This document shows positions 14,188 to 22,481 of a stretch of 26,446 nucleotides of DNA, piece by piece. Both the position numbers and the translations under genes were made by a program. Position 1 is the first letter of the stretch. Each line of letters opens with the position of its first letter. The DNA lies in the NCBI GenBank assembly GCA_964388035.1, contig CAYLZE010000070.1, positions 1-26,446 on the forward strand, read 5' to 3'. The DNA is from an uncultured archaeon. GTDB taxonomy: Archaea > Asgardarchaeota > Lokiarchaeia > Sigyniarchaeales > SOKP01. The notes under the pieces were generated by a model. That model was not told where the DNA came from. It did no database searches and saw nothing but the letters and a program-made list of their open reading frames with translations.

Positions 14188-15903
14188 TTATTTTCTAAGC
14201 GCCTTTTTATCAATCTTTCCAACCGATGTTAAGGGGACTTCTGATACGATATGAATTTTCTTGGGGACCTCGTAAGGAGCGCACTTTTCTTGGGCAAAAG
14301 TAGTGACATCATCTATAAGAGCATTTTCATTCCCATCATATTGATAATCTGGATCGAGTTGAACGTAAGCATTCACGATTTCCGATCCGGGACGGTCTGG
14401 ATTCGGTTCACCAACTAATGCAATCATTCCCACTGCGGGGTGTTCAGAAAGCACATCTTCCACTTTCGTGGAAAAGACTTTATATCCTCCGACAATGATC
14501 ATGTCCTTGGTTCTGTCGACAATTCTTACATAGCCCCCCTCATCCATGACCCCCATATCTCCCGTGTGCATGAACCCATTGGCATCAATTGCCTTTTTTG
14601 TTTCTTCAGGTTTATTATAATACCCACTCGTCACCATGGGTCCTTTCACTAAAATTTCACCGGGTTCACCAAGAGGTACTTCATTACCCGTATCAGGATC
14701 TGCCAGTTTAAAATCCACGTTAGGAAAAGGAAGCCCAACACTCCCTAACTTCTTTATTCCTTTAAAAGGATTCCCGCAAGTTAGTGGAGAGGTCTCTGTC
14801 ATTCCATAAAGCTCTATCAGCTTGCCTTTACCAATCACACTTTCTAACACTTCTTGCGATTCTTTAGGAAAGGGGGCTGCAGCAGAAACAACGATATCGA
14901 TCATGTCTTTATCGATTTCCATGAATTTAGGATTCTTCAATAGCATCTGATACAGAGTTGGGACATTAGCTAAGACAGATGGCTTGTATTTCTTTATCTC
15001 CTTTATAATGTGATCGGTATCTCGAGGATTGGGAATTAATACTTGGCTCCACCCCAGAATTATGAAATTTTGACACGTGAATAATCCCGCAATATGAAAA
15101 AAGGGAAATCCTGATAACCCTAAACCTTTACCGAATTCCCAATTAAGCCATCTCTGAAAGATTACCACGTCAGAAATAGAATTTTTGTGTGTTAATATGG
15201 CTCCTTTTGGTGGACCCGTGGTGCCTCCCGTATATTGAATGAAAGCTATATCTTCGGGAGTTATTTTAACATCTGGTAATTGATTAGAGTATTTATTGAT
15301 AACATGCTTGTGATATTCTAGCACCGTCTTTCCTTCAAGGGGAGTCACCTTTCCTTTAGGGATCTTGCCAACTAGCTTTCCCAGTGTTCTAAGCACCACC
15401 GGCATGAATCCTCCCACGCTCGTGGTAATGATTAGCTTTAATTGGGGTACTTTTGACGCTATTTTAACAATACGCCCCGCAAAGATCGCATCGAGAGTAA
15501 TTAACGCGACTTTCTTTCCTCCCGACCCTAAATCACTGAGCTGGTATTCAATCTGCATTTCAGAAAGGAGAGGAGATACACCCGATATGATGCATCCTGC
15601 TTTTAAACCTCCAAGAAGTGCAATGACATATTCTGGAATGTTAGGCAAATTAATACCCACTACATCTCCTTTTACAAATCCGTTTTCCATTAATAAGTTG
15701 GCAAATTGATTTGAATAATTATCTAATTCCCTAAAACTAATCTCTGTCCCCATGAACGCGAATGCCATTTTATCGGGAACTTCCTCGAACGTGCGCCTTA
15801 TAGCTTCAGTATAGGGCACGCTAAACTCTTTGGGATCTAAATCACTTACGTGATCATCCCACTTTTTTTTCCAAAATTTCGTTTCATAAACCATTTTAAT
15901 CAA
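14188..15903 (-). CDS. Long-chain fatty-acid--CoA ligase (AMP-binding family, FadD-like)
   Basis: YTGGTTGPPKGA, PFFHIAG, YGMTETSP, GEILVKGP, HTGDMG, IVDRTKDMIIVGG and PLTSVGKIDK. The ATG at 15894 is an alternative start. Confidence 0.95.
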   Translation of the reverse strand: MIKMVYETKFWKKKWDDHVSDLDPKEFSVPYTEAIRRTFEEVPDKMAFAFMGTEISFRELDNYSNQFANLLMENGFVKGDVVGINLPNIPEYVIALLGGLKAGCIISGVSPLLSEMQIEYQLSDLGSGGKKVALITLDAIFAGRIVKIASKVPQLKLIITTSVGGFMPVVLRTLGKLVGKIPKGKVTPLEGKTVLEYHKHVINKYSNQLPDVKITPEDIAFIQYTGGTTGPPKGAILTHKNSISDVVIFQRWLNWEFGKGLGLSGFPFFHIAGLFTCQNFIILGWSQVLIPNPRDTDHIIKEIKKYKPSVLANVPTLYQMLLKNPKFMEIDKDMIDIVVSAAAPFPKESQEVLESVIGKGKLIELYGMTETSPLTCGNPFKGIKKLGSVGLPFPNVDFKLADPDTGNEVPLGEPGEILVKGPMVTSGYYNKPEETKKAIDANGFMHTGDMGVMDEGGYVRIVDRTKDMIIVGGYKVFSTKVEDVLSEHPAVGMIALVGEPNPDRPGSEIVNAYVQLDPDYQYDGNENALIDDVTTFAQEKCAPYEVPKKIHIVSEVPLTSVGKIDKKALRK

Positions 15904-16244
15904 TTTTCTGATAGAATTTAGTATAAAATCGAATGTATGATAATAAATATTAATTTTATTAATAAATAAAGGTTAATTTTCGTCGTTTTTTCTTAGTTCT
16001 TACATCTACTTATTCACATTTAGAAATATATTAACATGTTTAATGTTAAAAAATGCTCATTCTTATAAATTAAATTTAATTTTTTTGATCATTATACTGC
16101 AGATTTCTCGAATTATTCTCAACTGAATTATCTCATATTTTTAATCATTTGGAATGAGAAACATGAGAAGATATTATTGCTTTTCGGAGGATCTTTTCTG
16201 CAAGGTTTACATTAGAGATATATCTGATTAATACCCTCAAAGTG

Positions 16245-16261
16245 ATAAACATGTTTATATA
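16245..16261 (+). promoter_or_regulatory. Perfect 14-bp palindrome overlapping a TATA-like box
   Basis: ATAAACATGTTTAT at 16245-16258 and TTTATATA at 16254-16261, in the divergent intergenic region. Confidence 0.4.
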
Positions 16262-16343
16262 TAAATGATTACCTTTTTCAATAATTTAAAGAATTTTATA
16301 ATTAAATCATCATTACATGCATAAATAAGGTTTCTAAGAAGAT

Positions 16344-16985
16344 ATGAAAAAAGAAAGAAGCCGAAAAAAAAATCCTATAAAAGAATCCTTATTATATATC
16401 GTTTGTTTACTTCCAATTTTCTTAAGTCATCATCCCGATTGCAAAAAATTTAAAAATCATACCTTTAAAATCGGCGAAATTAGACTTTGCGTGGGATGTT
16501 TCGTGGCTTATCCTGTCGGAATCATATCCATGCTTTTTTTTAATTATATTAAACTGGATCAGGAATTACCTGCCCATTGGATATTAACGTTATCCGGATT
16601 ATGCATGTCTACAACGGCATTGAGTTTTACTGCTCTAATAGAAATTAAACCTATAAAGGTTTTTCAAAAAGCTACCATTCCAATAGGTGTTGCCTTCTTT
16701 TTAATTTGGATAAGGACTCTCTCTCTCTCTAAAGAAGCTAAAGTTTATTTAGCAATGAGTACCATCGGAATTGTTTTATTATTATTTAATCTTAAACACA
16801 TGTATGGAATTTTAAAATCCTGCTATTATTGCGAGACCACTTTTGCTTGGAGTACTTGTGAGGGATTTGAAAGAATAAGAATGAGAATGGAAAAATTTCA
16901 TATTGAAAATTTGTTTGCCGGATTTGATGCTCTTGCTCAAAATTTAGAAAAAAGAAAACAAGCGGGGAAAAAACTATTCTTCTAA
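16344..16985 (+). CDS. Cys/His-rich integral membrane protein (DUF2085-like)
   Basis: LSHHPDC...NHTFKIGEIRLCVGC followed by about 4 hydrophobic segments and a C-terminal CYYC...WSTC. Family assignment is tentative. Confidence 0.7.
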   Translation: MKKERSRKKNPIKESLLYIVCLLPIFLSHHPDCKKFKNHTFKIGEIRLCVGCFVAYPVGIISMLFFNYIKLDQELPAHWILTLSGLCMSTTALSFTALIEIKPIKVFQKATIPIGVAFFLIWIRTLSLSKEAKVYLAMSTIGIVLLLFNLKHMYGILKSCYYCETTFAWSTCEGFERIRMRMEKFHIENLFAGFDALAQNLEKRKQAGKKLFF

Positions 16986-17145
16986 AATTATTCTCTGGGA
17001 AGTTCTTAAAAACTATTTAGTAAATTAGATAACGTGAATTCATCTTTTCCTTTTTTTTTCCAAAATCAAAAGATTTAAAAATTTATCTAATATACTCATA
17101 TTAAATCACAGAAATTTATGGTATAAATAAAAAAGAGAGTATAAA

Positions 17146-17583
17146 ATGGTAAATTTTTGTCCTAGTTGTGGTCAGCGAGTAGAAGATTCATGGTCGGTTT
17201 GTCCGAATTGTGGGCAAAAATTAGGGTCCCTTAGAGGAGCACCTGCGCAAGGCACGCAATATCCGGGAAGCCCTCAATCTAGTCAACCACCTACACCAAT
17301 GTATGGTCCAACGGGGGTTGAAGGAGCGCCTATAAGAACGAGCAATGTCTTTGGAATTATTTCCTTGATCATTTCACTCATTGGATGTGGGGTCATTTTT
17401 TATATAAGTATGCTTTTTGGTGTAATTATAAGTGTTGTTGCTTTAATTTTAGGGATCTTGGGCATAAAAAAAGATATGAATAGAAAGATTGCAATCGCAG
17501 GAATTGTACTTGCGGCAATAGGATTGACGATCGGGCTGGTTACTATGATTATTATCTTTGGTTTAATGTTTCTCTATTATTAA
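17146..17583 (+). CDS. Zinc-ribbon domain membrane protein (DUF4190-like C-terminus)
   Basis: FCPSCG...CPNCG, a Pro/Gln/Gly-rich linker, then 2-3 TM helices (ALILGILG...AIAGIVL). Confidence 0.85.
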   Translation: MVNFCPSCGQRVEDSWSVCPNCGQKLGSLRGAPAQGTQYPGSPQSSQPPTPMYGPTGVEGAPIRTSNVFGIISLIISLIGCGVIFYISMLFGVIISVVALILGILGIKKDMNRKIAIAGIVLAAIGLTIGLVTMIIIFGLMFLYY

Positions 17584-17806
17584 ATTTTAATCTTTTTAAT
17601 AAATTTGGATTAATACAAAAATAACAATAGTTTTTTTTCTGAACTTTATTTAAAAGTTTAATAATCTTAATAATTAAATCATTTTCTAGTTAAAACTGCA
17701 CTTCATAATGAACTATTTTCTTTTTAAAATAGTATAAATAGAAGAAAAATAAATTTATGAAAAAAAGAATAATTTTTAATTTAGAAATTATTTGAGATTC
17801 GCTGTT

Positions 17807-18199
17807 TTAGATTATATATAGTACAAGTCCGGTTAATAGCACGATTAAGAATATGATCACGATGAAAATGACCAAGGCAAGAATTGATACTAATATTGCT
17901 TTCCCATAGCTTATCTTATGTCGCAATGCGAGAAATAACCAGTAAAGAATAAGAGCTGCCACTAATGCTATCCAGAAATAGATAATAAGGAAGAGAAACT
18001 CAATGATAATAACGGTTATGAGCGCCGTGACGAACACAGCACCAAAATTCTCGTGTTCCGCTTTCACGAAACCAAACGTAATCTTTAGCACAATAGCCAA
18101 GATGACAGTTAAAATGATGATAACGATAATGAACATTGCGATGCTAAAGAAATTTGTAAAAGTATTCATCCAGTTTGGGTTTATTAGTTGTAAAATCAT
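17807..18199 (-). CDS. Hypothetical small membrane protein (about 4 TM helices)
   Basis: Very hydrophobic, with an internal repeat-like FGAVFVTAL / YGKAILVSIL. GGTG SD upstream. Confidence 0.75.
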   Translation of the reverse strand: MILQLINPNWMNTFTNFFSIAMFIIVIIILTVILAIVLKITFGFVKAEHENFGAVFVTALITVIIIEFLFLIIYFWIALVAALILYWLFLALRHKISYGKAILVSILALVIFIVIIFLIVLLTGLVLYII

Positions 18200-18670
18200 G
18201 ATTACACCATTTTATTGGATAATATATATTAATTGCTTCAGTTCTTTTTAAATCTTATCGTTCAGAATCATTAGACTTAAAAGTAAATTAATAAAAATTT
18301 GTTAATTAACATTTAAAATTAAAATATCTGAAATTCAAGTCCCAGTATGATTGATATTATTGATAGAATATGGCTATCCCTTCCTATTTCTTCTTTTTAT
18401 ATAATAGTAGCTCTCCATATATTCCGTTTTTAGTGGAAAATAAATGAATTAAATCTTTTTGTCGGCACGATCTAAAAATCTAATCATAGTTATTAAATCC
18501 CATTTACTTCCACTCTCCTCTCTCCGTCACCATGGTAGAATTATACCTTTAAATGAAATGGTGTTCTATTGAAATGTAATCCTCAGATGGTTTCTTTTTA
18601 TAAAAAACGGGATATTCAGAAAATTGTCGGTGTCCTGCACTTTTATACTGAGAGTAAATCATTTTTTGTG

Positions 18671-19423
18671 ATGTCATTTCACTCGGGATTTACCATGCAT
18701 GAAAAGTATTCACGACGCCCTCTTCTTTCCAGTGGGGATAAAACCCTTGACGAGCTGCTTTCGGGAGGATTCCATCGGGATCTCATTTATCTATTATATG
18801 GTGACCGCACTTCAACCACGAACGTATTATTAACCACGGCGGTACTGGCACAAAAATCTCCCATGAATGGTGGGTTGGGAGAAGGAATAAGAGTGGCGTT
18901 CGTGGAGGCAAATAATCGTTTCAATCCCTATACCGTGAGCAAGTTCGCCGTTTCTCAGAGGCTTTCCCCCCAAAAAGTCTTGGAAAACATCTTCATAGCC
19001 CGGGCTTTCACGTGGGATCAGATGGTGGAACTTTTAGAAAATCGTCTTTCGAAGCTCGAGGAGGTGAAGGTCGTCTTAGTTTCAGGAATTACCACTTTAT
19101 TTCAAGGGCATGAAAAGCACACGTTTGAAGACTTGTTGCGAGCCATTGGCGGAATCAAAAGAATATTAGAAAAGACCAAACCCTTGATTATATTAACAGC
19201 CCCCCTCCATGAATATTCGCTTTTTAGACCGAAAGGGGGAAAGATTCTCACTCATTTCGGAAACGTGCTGGTTTTAATTAAGGAAAGCGACCGTTATGTA
19301 GAGTACACGTTGGTGCAACACCCATTCATGCCTGAAAAGCGGCTCTTGAAATGGCTCCTTAGAGAACCAAAAAGAAAACTTTCCAATCCCTTAAAAAATG
19401 CGACGCTAGATTGTTGGTTTTGA
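18671..19423 (+). CDS. RadA/Rad51-like RecA-fold protein, predicted ATPase-inactive, with a C-terminal PIP-box-like motif
   Basis: SSGDKTLDELLSGGF, GGLG...VAFVEANNRFNP and VLENIFIARAFTWDQM are typical of RadA/Rad51. The Walker A position reads YGDRTSTT and the Walker B position VVLVSG. The protein ends NATLDCWF. The start is more likely ATG 18671 or 18695 than TTG 18569. Confidence 0.85.
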   Translation: MSFHSGFTMHEKYSRRPLLSSGDKTLDELLSGGFHRDLIYLLYGDRTSTTNVLLTTAVLAQKSPMNGGLGEGIRVAFVEANNRFNPYTVSKFAVSQRLSPQKVLENIFIARAFTWDQMVELLENRLSKLEEVKVVLVSGITTLFQGHEKHTFEDLLRAIGGIKRILEKTKPLIILTAPLHEYSLFRPKGGKILTHFGNVLVLIKESDRYVEYTLVQHPFMPEKRLLKWLLREPKRKLSNPLKNATLDCWF

Positions 19424-19441
19424 TTAATTTAGAAAAATCGT

Positions 19442-19891
19442 TCATTGGTTCGAGCTTTCGCTTTTTTCCTTCTTTTTATAGAGGTTCGGGTCTTTTTTCT
19501 CAAGGGTGAGGTCATCGCCCCCGTATTTAATTTTCCTGCCCTTATAATACAATTCCGTTTTTTCCTCGCAAATTTCATTCCATTTTGGTAATCCAACTTT
19601 TTTAATCATTAATAAATTGTAAACTTTGGAATTATGGGGCGCAAAAATCTCAAAGTTCACGATAGGTTGAAGTTTTTCACAAGGAAACTCATCGCATTCA
19701 TGACAAAACTTATAACCTTTAGATGTAACGCATTCATAGGTCTTGCAGGTGGAGAAGTTTCGAACTTGTCCTTTTTGTTCCCGGCATCCTTTACAATTAT
19801 AAACTTTTTGTCCAGGACACCGCTTACAATAAATTCCACAAGGAGCGTGATCTTTTAAATAAATTGACATGAAACAATACCTAAGGCTCAT
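19442..19891 (-). CDS. DUF3795-family Cys-rich protein
   Basis: APCGIYCKRCP, CKGCR, CKTYEC and KGYKFCHECDEFPCEKL. The start may be the second Met (MSIYLK). Confidence 0.88.
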   Translation of the reverse strand: MSLRYCFMSIYLKDHAPCGIYCKRCPGQKVYNCKGCREQKGQVRNFSTCKTYECVTSKGYKFCHECDEFPCEKLQPIVNFEIFAPHNSKVYNLLMIKKVGLPKWNEICEEKTELYYKGRKIKYGGDDLTLEKKDPNLYKKKEKSESSNQ

Positions 19892-20254
19892 TTTTTCTAT
19901 TTATAACGTATTAAATTATAGAGATCTTAAATTCTTAATTCATGTATGAGATAGGATCATATATTTTAATTAAAACAAACGGATTCTTCCACATTTTTTT
20001 ATCAAGTTATAAAAAATATGCATAATTCTTGTGAGATTTATCTCCTTTTTTTTTAAACACCCATTTTTCTTCCCGAGATGAATTATAATATTGAGAATGT
20101 TCTCAACTTAATTTTATTACAGATTGGATGCCTAATAACTTTAAAATTGTTGTGAAGTCTTAAAATACTTTAACTGCATAAATAATTCCCTAAAATAGGT
20201 TGTGAATGTGAATTCATAAACCTTTTAACCAATTTATTTCTCTAAAAAAATATA

Positions 20255-21772
20255 ATGGAAGTATCTTCGCCAAAATTATCATTTAAAGAAAAATTCTCTT
20301 ATGCCATCGGACAATTACCGGGATCTTTTTACGGGTCATTTATAGGGCAAATTCAAGCATTTTATTACGCTTGGATGGGATTGAGCGTCTTTTATATCAT
20401 TATTGCTCAGATTTTTTATGGCGCGTGGAACATGATTAATGATCCCATATTTGGATTACTTCAGGACAGGACTCGGACTCCAAAAGGACGTTATCTGCCA
20501 TGGATTAAATGGTTTGCTCCTGTATTTACGATTGCATTCATTTTAATCTTTTTTGTGCCTAATGAGTGGCGTTTTGCATATTCTGGCAGTGAAACCCAGT
20601 TTTTAGTTTTTCTCTGGTACTTGTTCTCGTTATGTCTTTATGATCTTGCTTTTACGATTGTATATTTAGCACTTGCGGCTCTCCTCCCCCAAATAACGGA
20701 TAATTTTGGCGAGCGCACGCAGATCTCAGTTTTGGGCATGTTGTGTGCCGTTTTAGGAACTCTTATTTCTGGATTGTTTCCCTTAATATTTTTAACCAAT
20801 CCGACCGAGTCAAAAATAGCGGATTTTAGGATTACCGTGTTAATATTTGGAATCCTTTCAATAATTCCTTGGATTTTTCTTTACAAGTACGTCAACGAGC
20901 GGGTTGAATTAATACCCGTAAAAAAAGAATCTTTCATCGCTAATATTAAATATGTATTTAAAAATCCCGCATGCCGAGTTTACATGGTTTATGATGGAAT
21001 AACTGTTGGTATCAATATTACTGTACTGACTTCCATAACCTTTTTCATTGCCTGGACATTTGGGTTTGAAAACCCGTATGGCTCACAAACAACGGGTATA
21101 TTAGGACTAATTGGTTATTTCCTCATCCCTTTCATAGGGGGATCTATCATAGGGATATGGTTGCAATTATCTCTTCCAAAAAAGAAAGATTTGAAAACAC
21201 TTTTATTGTGGGATTATCTTTTCATGATTGTTGGATTTTTATTGGCCTTTTTCGGTGGTTTGCCGAGCGCAGAGCAGTCTAATAGTGTTTATGAAGTACC
21301 TCCAATGTTATGGATGGCAAGTATTGGCATGTTTTTTGTGTCATTAGGATTTTTTGGAAACTTAATTTATTTAAGTCACTTGAATTGTGATGTAGTCGAT
21401 TATTATGAAATTTTGAAAGGAAATAGGCGAGAAAGCATTTATTCGGGAATAAATTGTATAATCAGTAAACCGATGAATTCCGTTGCATTGGCCGTTTTCC
21501 CTGCAATTTTATCCATTTACGGATTAGTTGCGGCCTCCCCAGAAGATCCAACGTCCAATGCTTTAGTCGTTGCACATGGTTTTAAAAATGCAATAACAGG
21601 CGTATCAGTGGCAAGTTTTTTATTTCCAGCCATTTTAGCCATCATCGGATTCATATCATTTTTATGGTATCCTTTAAATAACGAAAAATTGACTGAAATA
21701 CGAGAAACGTTAAGTATAAAGCATGCGCAACAAAGAAATGAAAAAAACAACCAGAAATCTGAAGAACTCTAA
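20255..21772 (+). CDS. MFS transporter, glycoside-pentoside-hexuronide (MelB/GPH) family
   Basis: KLSFKEKFSYAIG, WNMINDPIFGLLQDRTRTPKGRYLPW, DVVDYYE..GNRRESIYSG and C-terminal YPL. About 12 TM helices. Confidence 0.93.
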   Translation: MEVSSPKLSFKEKFSYAIGQLPGSFYGSFIGQIQAFYYAWMGLSVFYIIIAQIFYGAWNMINDPIFGLLQDRTRTPKGRYLPWIKWFAPVFTIAFILIFFVPNEWRFAYSGSETQFLVFLWYLFSLCLYDLAFTIVYLALAALLPQITDNFGERTQISVLGMLCAVLGTLISGLFPLIFLTNPTESKIADFRITVLIFGILSIIPWIFLYKYVNERVELIPVKKESFIANIKYVFKNPACRVYMVYDGITVGINITVLTSITFFIAWTFGFENPYGSQTTGILGLIGYFLIPFIGGSIIGIWLQLSLPKKKDLKTLLLWDYLFMIVGFLLAFFGGLPSAEQSNSVYEVPPMLWMASIGMFFVSLGFFGNLIYLSHLNCDVVDYYEILKGNRRESIYSGINCIISKPMNSVALAVFPAILSIYGLVAASPEDPTSNALVVAHGFKNAITGVSVASFLFPAILAIIGFISFLWYPLNNEKLTEIRETLSIKHAQQRNEKNNQKSEEL

Positions 21773-21855
21773 AAAGAGAGAGATGGGCTCAATTTTGGGT
21801 TTGATAAAAGATATAGAGAGAGATTCTATTCCATAAAAAGGAATCACGGAACTTA

Positions 21856-22323
21856 TTAAACTTCTTTATTATTGTCCTGTTCAGCAACTTCATAGAGACT
21901 ATTCATGTAAAACAGCAAGGGCAAAGTAATTAAGTATAATTTCTTCCCAATAAATGATAATTTATAAGAAACTCTCACGGGATAAGTTTCGTGAACTATT
22001 CGTTCCACCATTGCATGTTCTTCCAAGAGTCTGAGGCGATCTGTTAAAATTCTTGAACTCATCTCAGGAAGAGCCGTTTTTAAATCATTAAAATATGGAT
22101 TTTTAAGAATGTGCAGCGTGTGCATTATTTCAATGGTGTACTTTCCTTTAAAAATTTTAAAAATTTCTCTAATTCTTTTAGATTCCGCCTTGATTTGAGG
22201 CACGTCATAAGATATCTTTTTCCGATATTTTTCAAAATATTTTATGGTAGTTCTCTGAATCTGCCGAATCAATTTGAAAATCTGTCCCAATTCTTCTGCG
22301 GGATATTTACTTTTTTCGTTCAT
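21856..22323 (-). CDS. HxlR-family winged-helix transcriptional regulator
   Basis: IFKGKYTIEI...FNDLK...MSSRILTDRLRLLEEHAMVERIVHETYPVRVSYKLS..G. Confidence 0.92.
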   Translation of the reverse strand: MNEKSKYPAEELGQIFKLIRQIQRTTIKYFEKYRKKISYDVPQIKAESKRIREIFKIFKGKYTIEIMHTLHILKNPYFNDLKTALPEMSSRILTDRLRLLEEHAMVERIVHETYPVRVSYKLSFIGKKLYLITLPLLFYMNSLYEVAEQDNNKEV

Positions 22324-22348
22324 GGTAGAATTCTTAATTATCTATTAT

Positions 22349-22366
22349 AGTGCAAAATTTTACACT
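22349..22366. promoter_or_regulatory. Candidate operator of the HxlR-family regulator
   Basis: AGTGCAAAA/TTTTACACT is an 18-bp inverted repeat with one mismatch, in the divergent gap between the HxlR and C45 hydrolase genes. Confidence 0.55.
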
Positions 22367-22481
22367 TGTGTTATTCTTTTTCTCTTTCTCATTTAAAAAG
22401 TGAAGAGAATTACAGTAACTTAATGCATTTTACCATCAATTTATTTCAACTTATCACTTAAATGAAAGAGTTCGGAAAATA

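Noticed and set aside
18569-18670. N-terminal 34 aa of the RadA-like ORF as given in the track
   Set aside because: The TTG-initiated extension contains TATA-like tracts (about 18595-18607 and 18641-18647) and precedes the homologous region, so it is probably promoter sequence.
11621-22457. GTGATA/TATCAC half-sites in several intergenic regions as a possible RHH regulon
   Set aside because: These are isolated hexamers in AT-rich DNA, only slightly more frequent than expected, and none forms the full palindrome.
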